From Octopus bimaculoides (taxonomy: Eukaryota), in the NCBI RefSeq assembly GCF_001194135.2, contig NC_068981.1, forward strand, positions 67,536,319 to 67,580,637: a stretch of DNA of 44,319 nt. The letters run 5' to 3'. The notes beneath the pieces were generated by a model. The model was not told where the DNA came from. It saw only the letters and a list, made by a program, of their open reading frames with translations, and ran no database searches. Positions 12,684 to 24,023 of this stretch are shown in pieces; position 1 is the stretch's first letter; every line of letters begins with the position of its first letter. Both the position numbers and the translations under genes were made by a program.

Positions 12684-12900
12684 TACATATGAGGGAAATT
12701 TTGTCTGTGGGTGAGTTTGTGGAGTTGTTAGCTAACTCCTCCTACATCGTTTTATCGATTTTCATGAAACTTGACACATGAGTAGGACTCATGTCTGGAA
12801 ACCTCATGGCATGCTCAAGTTGTTGAAAAAAAGCGATAATAGGACCCCTGGAAGGGATCCTTATATGCATCTAATATATTTCATTTTCACAGTCAAGAGA
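12680..12900 (+). mobile_element. Non-autonomous Helitron/Helentron-like (HINE/Lep1-type) element relic
   Basis: tactacatatgagggaaattttgtctgtgg...aactcctcctacatcgtttatcgattttcatgaaacttgacaca follows the typical 5' layout of these elements (..TACTA..AAA-TTTGTCTGT..AACTCCTCC..CGATTTTCATGAAACTTG). It sits next to a (TA)n tract. The 3' end is not located. Confidence 0.5.
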
Positions 12901-14289
12901 AATAACCCATTCACTCAGATTTTAACAGCCATTCATTTTCTTTAATCATTTGGTATAAATTAAATTGAGTATGCTTATTTCTTTGTATTTGAACTGTCAG
13001 ATTTACTTTCGCGATTTATCCAGTACAGCCCTTGAACAAGTAATAGAATTATCCTAAATGATAGATCCACTTATATCGGTGAGTGACTTATTCACAAATA
13101 TACCAACACTAGCACCGCTGAGGGTAATATTCTTTTCAGAGGTATTTACTTTGAATTGTTATTATCTCATAGCTGATTAGCCTGTTATTACGTAACATAC
13201 TTCACAATTTTAGTATGAAGACGTTATTAGTATGCCTTCCTAAGTTCTATATACTCTGGGAACTCATTTAAGCCATTTTGAATTCTTACTATCGAGTAAC
13301 CTATTAAAGCCCTTTATAATTCTTACTGTCGAGTAACTAATATCATGTTATCATATGACTGACTTTATAATTTGGGTATTCGTAACTTATTGGGAATTCT
13401 TAATAACAGTTCGGTATTCTCTGTAAATGCAACCCCCCCCCCAAAAAAAAAAACGTTTTAAGAGCTACATACTTTGTATTGTTATTGGATTAACGAAACA
13501 ATTATGAGAACAGAACGAAGGGAATTACCGGGTGCGTCAGCTAGTGCAATATATGATCCTATATACATACATACATACATACATACATANNNNNNNNNNN
13601 NNNNNNNNNNNNNNNNNNNNNNNNNNNNNNNNNNNNNNNNNNNNNNNNNNNNNNNNNNNNNNNNNNNNNNNNNNNNNNNNNNNNNNNNNNNNNNNNNNNN
13701 NNNNNNNNNNNNNNNNNNNNNNNNNNNNNNNNNNNNNNNNNNNNNNNNNNNNNNNNNNNNNNNNNNNNNNNNNNNNNNNNNNNNNNNNNNNNNNNNNNNN
13801 NNNNNNNNNNNNNNNNNNNNNNNNNNNNNNNNNNNNNNNNNNNNNNNNNNNNNNNNNNNNNNNNNNNNNNNNNNNNNNNNNNNNNNNNNNNNNNNNNNNN
13901 NNNNNNNNNNNNATATATATATAAATATCTATGTATATATATATGTGTCTGTTTTTTTTACATATATATATATATATGTACACACACACACATATATATA
14001 TATATGTGACCACACATACATATCTGTATTCATGTATAAACATACATAAATCTATACATATGTACGTATGTATTACCATTTATTTCTCGTATATACAATG
14101 ATACTTTATAGTGATACGTATATTTTACATATAACGCATGTACGTATTTTTATACACGTATGACTGCGATTGTGTGCAATTGTATCTGTGCCTCCTTGCG
14201 TGTACTACGCTCTCATTTTTGAATATAGATTTTTACATTAAAATATATAAAAGTATATCTTCTATCTTTTACGCGTTTTACTTATTAGA

Positions 14290-14602
14290 TTACGGCTGAG
14301 CTGGGGCACTTTCCTGAAGAATTTTTAGTCGAACAAATCGATCCTAGTACTTGACTTTATGCCTGGTACGTATTTCATTTCTTTCGGAGAAATGCTTAGT
14401 TAAGGGGCACAAACAAACCGACGCCGGACATCAGGTGTAAGTGGTAGAAAAATAGACCCAAAGACACGCCCATATATATATATTTATGCCCGACAGGATT
14501 CTTTCAGCTTCTTTCTAACAATTTCACTTATATCGCTTTGTTCGGTCTAAGGCCAAAGTGGAGGGCATTAGTCCAAGATGCGACGCAGTAGTACTAAACT
14601 CC
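14290..14602 (-). mobile_element. Old, diverged SINE family A copy
   Basis: Colinear degenerate matches to copies 1 and 2 (tagtcgaacaaatcgatcc, cgacaggattctttcagc, ccaagatgcgacgcagtagtactaaac). Confidence 0.7.
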
Positions 14603-15788
14603 CAATAAAGTATTTGAAAGTGGAAATTCTTACCAAATAATCATGCCCACACGTTTTAGAAGTTTCATGCCCATATGTATGCATAAATGTATGTATATAT
14701 GTACACGCATACATATACATTTGTATGCTAAAATATAAGTGCCTTCTCATCCTCTCACAGAAACTCACACGGAAAAATGCTTACGCACACACACACGTAC
14801 ACACACTCATACACACACATACACATATATATACATATATTTATATTCAGGGAGGGTAAGGCTGAAATAGCCTGAAGTAGTGCTTGAAATAGCCAGAGGA
14901 AAGAAAGCTACAAAACCAAATTAGAAGTTAAGAGAATATGAAAAAATTGAAATACGCTTTTGAAAACATTTTACAACCAAACATCATATACTATACAGGC
15001 TGCATATCTTAATCATAAAGAAATATGCAATTGGCTGTTTAGCAACAACATAATTTCTACAAACGAAAGGTCTTTGGAAATATTTCTGAAGAAGCAAATT
15101 TGACTTTTCACACATTAATAATAGATGCCATGTTTTTTTAAAATATTGAATTTAGCATATTTTATTCCGTTTAAAATCTTTATAATACAGCGTATGTTTC
15201 AATAAAATTCAAATACCTTATATGATATGCTTATATTTCTATCATCAAAGAAAAGCCTTATAGAGTAAGTAGTAAATCGAATTTCAAACTGCCGTGGCAT
15301 ATAAAGTTCTATATAATTTACCCATCATTTTAAATATGGAAATATGATTGTGGAGATACAAAAGTAGTCAGAAACATAGCATGTTTACAAAATCATAAAT
15401 ACATACATAATGGAATTAAATAGATTCTTGCTTTGTGTGCCAGAATTTTTCTAACTCAGTGTTTTATTTTATATACAAAATTCATCGTGTAAAAGATAAA
15501 TTCCTGCTATAAATTAAAAATAAAACGGTATTAGATTCAAAATTGCATATTATTTTATTAGATTCAGTTTAAGGAGCTCAGTTAGTTTTACATTATATTT
15601 TTTTTACATTACATACTATTAATGATTTTTTTTAAAGATTCGTAACTGTATTTTATAGAAAAAACATCGCGGCAAATATTTACAATCAGAGATAAAAAGT
15701 ATAATGCTCAAATTTTACTGAAGTTAAAATTTGTAGTATCGACAATAAAATTTTTTGATTAACTTTGGTGTTATTTTTCTATTTTTAG

Positions 15789-17333
15789 ACACCTCCATCA
15801 ACTTTTTGAATGGGTTACTAAACTCCCTTAGGACGCAATAGAGTGGTTTCATACTTTATCTTTGTTCTACCTCTTTCTATATGGAAATTTTATCCGTATT
15901 CTTCCTTATGGCGTTAAATCAGAGTTAAACGCAGACTGTTACTGTCACCGATATTTATGTATTTTCAATTACATGGTACGTAAAAATGAATTGATACAAT
16001 ACCGACATCGTACACTATAAAATACCTTTATACAGACATGCACACAAATACATACAGTCCTTAGACCAGGCGTTTGGCTACCGACGCGGCCTATCCGATT
16101 CTCAAATACCAAACATACGTGCACCTATATGCCATTCTAGTTCATGATTTCCAACACATATATCAACTAAAAGCTTCCTTTAATTGCCCTTTTCTGCGAA
16201 TACTCTGCGTTACTTAGCTTTATGAGAGGCACAAGTGCCTCATTTGTACTTCCTTTCTTAAAATTGTTAAAAAAGGCTTAATTTCAGTGACATACAGCTT
16301 ACACATCCATTTTCTTTTTTCAGAGACTTCTTCATAGTTTTACATTGAGAAATGAAGAAATATCAGTGAGCATTTGTTAATGTTCAGTAAATAATACGGC
16401 AAACGATTTATATTATTTTCGCCAAATTTTGTTGTCATATAGAACTCTGACATTCGTTTCACCGCATTAACCCACTAAAATATTTGGAATTTAAAACTTC
16501 GTCTGGCTATGTATTTTATTACATATATCCCAATTAATATCAATAAAATTTTATTTGTTTCATTTTCAACAATTTGTAACACATTTAGCATTCATTTTCA
16601 AATTCTAACCTGATAATCACGTTAAATATAACCAATTACCAGAATAACAATAATAAGAATGACAACATCAGTTATAATTTTATTTACATTGAGATTTAAC
16701 ATTCTAATAAAACTTAGTCAAGACTTACTCTGGTTTAGAACTGATTATATGATTCTGAGACACTCGTTGCATGACAACCAGTTAATATGTAAAGCATTTT
16801 TACAGCATGAAACATAGACGTTCAAGTAAAATGAAACATAATGTTAGGGAAAGTAATCAGTATTTGTCAATATCTAATTAAGTTTTGTTCATTTGCTGAC
16901 AAGAATGGAAAGCATACGGATAGCTTCCTCCTGTTTTATTGTTACATCGAGCTATTTGTCGTACGTTTAATAAACAAATTCAGATTGAATATAAAGAAAT
17001 ATACTTTCAAAGTTTTAGGCGGAGAGGAAGAACATTGCAAGAGAATTAAATATTAATGACACCGTCCACACGGTAAGAGTAAGTTGGGATCATAATATAA
17101 AATATACATATTTTAAGTAGAATAAAATTTAATGAGAAATAATTAAAATCTATTTGTCTTTTCTTGATATATTTTCGCTTTCTGTATTTCTAAATTTTAG
17201 AGGTGAATTTCTTTTTTTTTTTTTTAGATTAAAGCTGATTTACTTGTGGAAAATTAATTGATTGGCAAACGGTATAAAATATTAATAAAATGTATACGCT
17301 TCGGTTCGTTCGATATCTCTTTGATAGGAACAG
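15789..17333 (+). other. Putative spliced exon chain (15789-15975, 16324-16365, 17019-17072, 17228-17333) of an unidentified transcript
   Basis: Each block has a pyrimidine-rich AG acceptor and a GT donor (ATG|GTACGT, TCA|GTGAGC, ACG|GTAAGA, CAG|GTAACT). The two middle exons are open and 42 and 54 nt long. No homology recognised. Confidence 0.35.
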
Positions 17334-18146
17334 GTAACTTTCAGCATTTTGAGTATAAAGATGAACATTTGACGCTACAAAATATACCATGCTGCATTTT
17401 ATTTACTCTACGCTCAAGTTCATAGTTTATCGAGTTAGGTGCAAGTAATGGTAGCTGAATCATTAGTTTCCTTCTCTATAGCTTGTAACATGTGGCGAAT
17501 GATATAACACCTTTATATGGTTAAATTGTTTAATGCGCAAACAATTCTTCATAATTAAGAAAAGAGAAAATATCACCAAGAACCTAAACGATATATAAAA
17601 CAATGATAGATATTCAGCAAAATAATACAATTATCGAAATGTTAACAAATAGTAAATAATCTATGAAATTTGCTGTGAAAGCGATGAGGTGATTTACATC
17701 GAAAGAATAGTGTGTGTGTGTGTATGTGTACAATATATATATATATTCCCGAGCGTATTCCCGAGCGTCATACTAATATATACTTTGTTATTTACACCAC
17801 CTGTCCTCGTCTGTTGTTATTATTTGTATATTCTCTGTTAATACGTGTTCATTTGTATTAGTTTTTATNNNNNNNNNNTATATATATATATATATATATA
17901 TATGTAAATATGCATTATGCATTATTGCTCTGGGGACATACGCATGTTAAGTGTAGCTTTCTAACAAGCAACTGTAATTAAACTATCAACTATATCAGCG
18001 ATAGGTGCCAAGATACAAGGACAGAAAATATCTGTGTACACTGCACACATATACACATATACACACATATACACGCATAAGTATATATCTGTGTACGGGG
18101 TATGAATGTCCGTCAGTCTGTCTGTCTTTCTGTCTCACACACACAA

Positions 18147-18179
<33 letters not shown>

Positions 18180-18878
18180 CTCTCTCTCTCTCTCTCTTTC
18201 GCATAGAAATTTGACGTCCTTGTATTCTTCCCTCCGCTTTAAATGTTACTACTAAAACTACTACCTACTTTAGTATCACCCCACCTATACTTTTTCTCTA
18301 CCCATTCCTTAATACAGCCCTATCATATCACCCCTACTAACATATCTGACACTTATTCACTCCTTACTTTATCATCTCTTCCTATCCTCTTTTTCTTTTC
18401 CTTTTTCCCACACTTTTCACTTCTTACTTCTTTTTCTCTCTCTTTTTATTATTTTTCTGTGCGTTTTCTTTTTCTCTCTCTTTCTTCCTCTTATTTCTCT
18501 TCCTGTCTTCGTTTTGACCTATCTCCTCATTCTAATCATACACATCTCCCCCATCTATCGACAAGTACTACCAATACATTCTCAAATTTTCATTCACGCC
18601 ACAAAATACCTCCGAATGAGCAACACAGAATCCACGGCTCCATACTTAGAAATAACTGAACATGAACTACTATTGGAACTTACATACCATGTACAGGAAA
18701 CTTATTTACCACTTCTATACACTACTTTCCTCGAATAATGAAAATGCAACTACAGTGTTTTATGTCTTATTTCTACATTCATTTTCTTATTTCTCTCTAT
18801 ATTCCCTATCTCCTCCTTTCCCACAATAATTCTTCATTCCGGACTCAAACATTTACCTGTATTTAACCATCTCACATC

Positions 18879-18926
18879 GTCTCCGATGAAGGGATATCCA
18901 TAATATCCTAGCAACAGCTGTATGAC
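18879..18926 (+). ncRNA. Minimal type-I hammerhead-like motif (PLE pseudo-LTR family 1), degenerate copy
   Basis: gtct-CCGATGA-ag-GGATAT-ccata-ATATCC-ta-GCAAC-AGCT-GTA-tgac. Same family as 37946-37993, and the upstream taaccat..ctcaca flank is shared. GAAA is changed to GCAA. Confidence 0.65.
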
Positions 18927-19374
18927 TATATCTATATCTCTTTCCTTATAAATGTTCCGAAAACTCCTCACAGCTTTAGCTTTGTTATCTATTTGTCTAA
19001 TATATATATATATATACATGCTAATACAAAACCTACATTAAACTCCTCACTCGTATCACTATCGAACCAAGAGTGTGTGTGTGTGTGTGTGCGCGTGCGC
19101 ACCGCGTATGTGTATAAGGGGGAAAATCTGCGAATTGAAAATGCAGCACTGTCGTACTTCGAGTATGAGAAAAATTGACAATTCGCTGTTGCAAAAATTC
19201 CAGGTATCTAATTGGTAAAAGCAGTGCTTTTTTTTCAAATAGTAAGATAAATAACAAGACGAAGAATGTATATAGTACAACTTTAGTATTCGTTAAAATC
19301 GTTTCCATGCCACTCCATTTCTAACTACATAGAAGGCAAATAATTCCAGTTGGATCGTTAATGATAACGGAAGA

Positions 19375-19870
19375 GGCACTGGTTCTCGTAGTTCCTGATC
19401 TTAACTAATTGGAAGTTATAGAATTATATGTTTCGTCTTGGTATATGTTGGAGCTGATTTGAAGTATATGTTTTGTCTCGGTGTAAAAGATGGGACACAG
19501 CAAATATTCTGCTAAAAAAAAACAGATTTCCTTCTCAGTTGCTTAATCTTAACCAGTCGAACATGTCACTTGGTGGCTGACGATATGTGTATCTTTGATC
19601 AAGAGCAAAAGTATTGGGGGAAACATCATAACCATGTGTTTCGGGGAATTCTTTGCGGGGTGTTGAATAATTCACCTTTTGAAACAACACTTATTTAGGA
19701 TTTGAGGAGGATAGGCTACTCGACCTGATAAACGTTCTAACTGGGTTCCACTTGCAAGTGCATATTCTGTTCACTTTGATGAGAGATCACCATGTTACGC
19801 AATTATGGTTGTGTACCTTTATCAGACAGGTAATCATGATGGGTATATTGGGCTGCATGTATTTTACAGC
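19375..19870 (-). mobile_element. Diverged copy of a longer octopus interspersed repeat, directly adjoining family B SINEs
   Basis: Colinear match to a repeat I recall (gatcttaactaattggaag...aaagatggg.cacagcaaatattctgct...gaataattcacct...gatgggtatattggg...cagtgtcactttgg). Family and strand are uncertain. Confidence 0.5.
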
Positions 19871-19929
19871 AGTGTCACTTTGGTGGCGAGAAAAGAAAAG
19901 AAAAGAAACAGAAATAATTGTTTCTGCTA

Positions 19930-20120
19930 TAGGTACAATTTTGGGGAAGGGGACCAGTGGATTACATCGACCCTAGTGCGTAACAGGTAATCAATTTATG
20001 GAATCCGAAAGGAAGAAAGGCAAAGTCGATTCCGGTGGAATTTCAACTCAAAACGTGAAGATACATGAGATAACGCTAAATATTTACTCCGGCGTGCTAA
20101 CGATTCTGATAGCTCGCCGC
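19930..20120 (-). mobile_element. SINE family B (copy 1 of a tandem trio)
   Basis: Reverse complement of 7043-7269 type sequence: gaaaggcaaagtcgattccggtggaatttcaactc...gtgctaacgattctgatagctcgccgc. Confidence 0.85.
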
Positions 20121-20147
20121 ACTAATAATAATCATAATAATAATAAC

Positions 20148-20356
20148 GGTTTCAAATTTTGCCACAAGGGTAGCCATTTTGGTGGAGAGGACTAGTCGAT
20201 TGCAAGGACCCCAGTATTTCACTGGTACTTAATTTATCGACCGCAAAATGATGAAAGGTAAAGTCAACCCTGGGGGAATCTGAACTGAGAACATGAAGAC
20301 AGGCGAAATACCGCTAAGCATTTCACCCAGCGTGCTAACAATTCTTCCAGCTCGCA
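20148..20356 (-). mobile_element. SINE family B (copy 2)
   Basis: ctggtacttaatttatcgacc...gatgaaaggtaaagtcaacc...cgctaagcatttcacccagcgtgctaac. Confidence 0.85.
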
Positions 20357-20380
20357 ATAGTATTAATAATAGTTATTATA

Positions 20381-20478
20381 ATCCTTTCTATTGTAAGGAC
20401 AAAGCCTGAAATTTTCGGGGAAGGGGGCAAGTCGATTACATCGGCCCCAGTGAGTAACGATTCTGCCAGCTCGTTGCT
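20381..20478 (-). mobile_element. SINE family B (copy 3, internally deleted)
   Basis: The tail segment gtcgattacatcggccccagtg is fused directly to the head segment taacgattctgccagctcg. Confidence 0.75.
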
Positions 20479-20532
20479 TTAGTAATAATCCTAATAATAA
20501 TAATAATCTGTCAACATTAATCNNNNNNNNNN

Positions 20533-20567
<35 letters not shown>

Positions 20568-21199
20568 CTGTATATATGTATGTATATTTGTATGTGTGTA
20601 TGTATGTATTTCTATCGTTAATTTAGACAGAGCGAACTAAATCAGTTCTTTTCAAAAATCCCCACTTGCATTACTAAGGTAATTAGAAACACGCATTTTG
20701 ACCTTTTCTGAGCACATGGGTGCAAGCACCCTTTTTGTTGGTTCCCTGTCAAAATCTATTTAATATATTTATAGAATTATAACTAACTTCATGCTCACCA
20801 AACTGTCACTGCCCCCTGCTATCTACCCCGACTCTCCTGTGTTTATGATTACCTCAAACATAAAGCCAGTTTAAGTTTGACAATCCCCAGCAACGATACC
20901 AGGAACAAATCATAATGTGACAATAAAAACTGCACTGTTACCATGGCTACAGAAGGTAGCCATGCCAAAGACAAAAACAACAACAGTAATAATGGTGATC
21001 AGTGGTGGACACAGCTACTATAGTAGCAGAAAATTAGTAATGGTAACGGCAATAATAATTATGTTAATAATGGCGGTGGTAATAATCGTAGAGATAATAA
21101 TAAGCGTTTCTTTATTAGCCATAGAGGTCACAATAATAATAGTATTAATGTGACGAAAAAATGTTTTATGAAGCGAAAAGGGAAATTAATAAAGTGCAG

Positions 21200-22865
21200 C
21201 AAATTGCTTGTCCTATGGTAAGCGTCTCCCAGTGGGGATCCTGAAGTCGAAAAGTCATCTATTGGCACAAACCCTTCTTCGAATACGAAAATAGGTGGTC
21301 ACCTGAACTGGAACTGCCCCAGCTCGAGCTCTCTAAGTTCACCACCACAGTCACTACAAAAAGAAAAATGTAAGAGGATCAAATGAACCTGGGAAGAGTA
21401 TGTAGAAGTAATATACACATATTATTATGCATTACGTCGGACATTTCAGGAGAAACAAACCACAAATTAAAAAAGAAAATATGGAGAACACGAAATAAAG
21501 ATAGCAGACGAAATAAACTAGCAAATGTTAGGAAGGATATCTTCAGAAATAATAGATTCACAAATACTGAAATAATGGCGATCAAGCACGCAGTGGAAAA
21601 TGATCTAAATATAAGAGAGAAAGGAAATGAAGAACCTAATATAGAGAGTAGTTCCCCATGAGTCTTATTTGAAAGGCTGTCATCTGACCAAATCAAGCAA
21701 AGGCCTGAAGAAATAAGAAATACTAATGAAACTGATAAAGGTAGTAAAAAATAATTTGAAGACCACACATTTGATGAAGAACATAGAAAGTCCATAATTG
21801 AAATGAAGCAGAAAATACTGAATGAGCATTCAGTTGTAAAGCATAAAAATATGAATGTTTGAGAACCACTTCATAAACCCTCAAATAAAAATCAAAAGAA
21901 AACAAAAACAAAAACAAAAATACACAACAAAAACAAATTGGTGATTATGTAACACAAAAAATACAATAATTAAAACTTTATGTACTTGATGTTACTGAGT
22001 GAAATGAAATTATTTTCGCATCTGCTAAGGCAACTGAATCAAGTTGCGTGCATCGAAAACAGAAAGCAGACCAAACCTGAGAGGAAATCAAAACTGGTGA
22101 AGTAAAATTGAAAAAAGAAATTGAGGGGAAATATCAATATTAAATGAACTGATCTGTGAACTGATATGTAAACTGATCCAATAAAGGAAGAAAGATGAAG
22201 AGAAAATATGGATTTATATCAAGTGAGCAGTTATCAACTGAAGAAACTCTGAGACAAATGTCTAGTCAAAGAATACGAATATTTGAGAAAAGAAAGAATT
22301 TTAAAAGTAAAATAAGCATTCACACCCAATGACAAAACATTTTATAGAGAAATATGGAAGTAGAAAATAACTATTCAAATACCACCCGCCTCCAATGGAA
22401 GAAAAATTAAATATTGGGAAAATGATAAGACATACAATGAAAATATATATTGGATTAGGTGCACACAAGGATCCTACCAAAATTTAGAACAAGCATGGAA
22501 ATACATCACAATAGCAGACCTAAGGATGACACGCAAAGAATCTCATAAGTAGAAATCCCCGGTAATGATAAAGTGACAAATTTCTGGTTCTCATTACTCT
22601 TGTCTGCACACGAAAATGTAATCCAGTCGTTCAATGAGATCCCGAGAAAGCACCTGGCTGGTTACTTACCTACTTACAAAGAATAATGAATCCAAAGTTT
22701 AAAAAAATTATCGTCCCGAACTTCCTTATTTATCACTTATAAATTATAACATATATTCTCGTAGAGAAAATATATGGATTTATGGAAGAGAAGAATAATT
22801 TCCGCACTGAACAAAAAGAGCATTGACGACGATCACATGGATGCAAAAATCAGCGGATGGACGTT
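21200..22865 (+). mobile_element. R4/Dong-like RLE non-LTR retrotransposon, 5' half, 3'-truncated and decayed
   Basis: N-terminal KIWRTRNKDSRRNKLANVRKDIFRNNRFTNTEIMAIKHAV (ORF 21383..21661). Later SHK*KSPGNDKVTNFW, TYLLTKNNESK..KNYRP and EQKEH*RRSHGCKNQ are the early RT motifs. Similarity stops before the RT core. Confidence 0.8.
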
Positions 22866-24023
22866 TCTCCGCTGCCCTGACCAGTTAGCAGCTGAAGACA
22901 GAGAAACACTAATACAACTCAGCAAGAAAACTGAAAAATAAGTCTCAAAGACTGGAATATCCACCATTTCGGGTGAGTATTTTAAATTTCCCTCAAATTA
23001 AGTGAAGAAACTTACATATCTAGAGTTTTCGACTACACAAACATTTAATATTTACAACTTCTGTAAATACCTATCATTTCCTTTCTCCCTGAGTATTCGA
23101 AAATGTAAACATCCTCTTTATTCCGAGAACACTACAGTTTTCTCCCTTCGGACATACAAAAGATTATCCTTAGTAAATTTAAAAACATTAATATTCGCAA
23201 TTTTGTGTGAAAAATTTTCTGTCTTTTTTCCCTGACAACTCGAATATGTAAACATGCATTTTATTGTAAGAACACAATTAAATGCACGATAAAAGAAAAT
23301 CAAGGAGATAAGCACCTGTCAATATATACAGACTGTACAATTCCAAAAAAATGTAAACCAGAGCAAAACTTATAAAAGAAAATATAAATTTTAAGTAAAA
23401 GTGAACATCGGTATATATATATATATGTGTGTGTGTTTTTCAATTAGTGATTAAAAACAGACCAAGTTGACTAGGTTCTTTTCAAGGCCAAGGTCAGCGC
23501 TCTCATTGATCACTAGTAGTAGTAAATACCTTTGTCCTCTGCTGAGCCCAAGGGTGTGAGGCCCCGTTTGTTTCCTTATCGCACAGGAATGCCCATTGCC
23601 AATCTCTTCACCATCTGTCGAATCTATTTACAGTCCTGTGGAATTTAATCTATTCACCAGGCTGTCTATCTTGCTCATACACTCAAACACTCACATATTT
23701 ATGATCATCTCAAGAACAAGACAAAGGCAAAAGTTGAAACTAAACAACATTCAGTAATATTTTTTAATAATAAATGGAAATAATAATAATGATGTTAATA
23801 ATGATCATAATGATAAGTTACCCATGACTCATGTCGGATCAGATGAGATATTAACAATGGCAAATAGTAGTAAAAAAATGGAAATAATAATATTAGTGAT
23901 GATGATAATAATAATGAAAGGAAGCAGTTGGAATTTCCCTATGCTTTGATTGATGATACATCTAGGGATGGTGTCACAATAAAAACACTGGTAACAGCGC
24001 AACCTGATAATTGCTACCTCATA

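Noticed and set aside
20942-20964. Perfect 9-bp hairpin CATGGCTAC-AGAAG-GTAGCCATG
   Set aside because: Isolated, with no family context; a few such hairpins can arise by chance in 44 kb.
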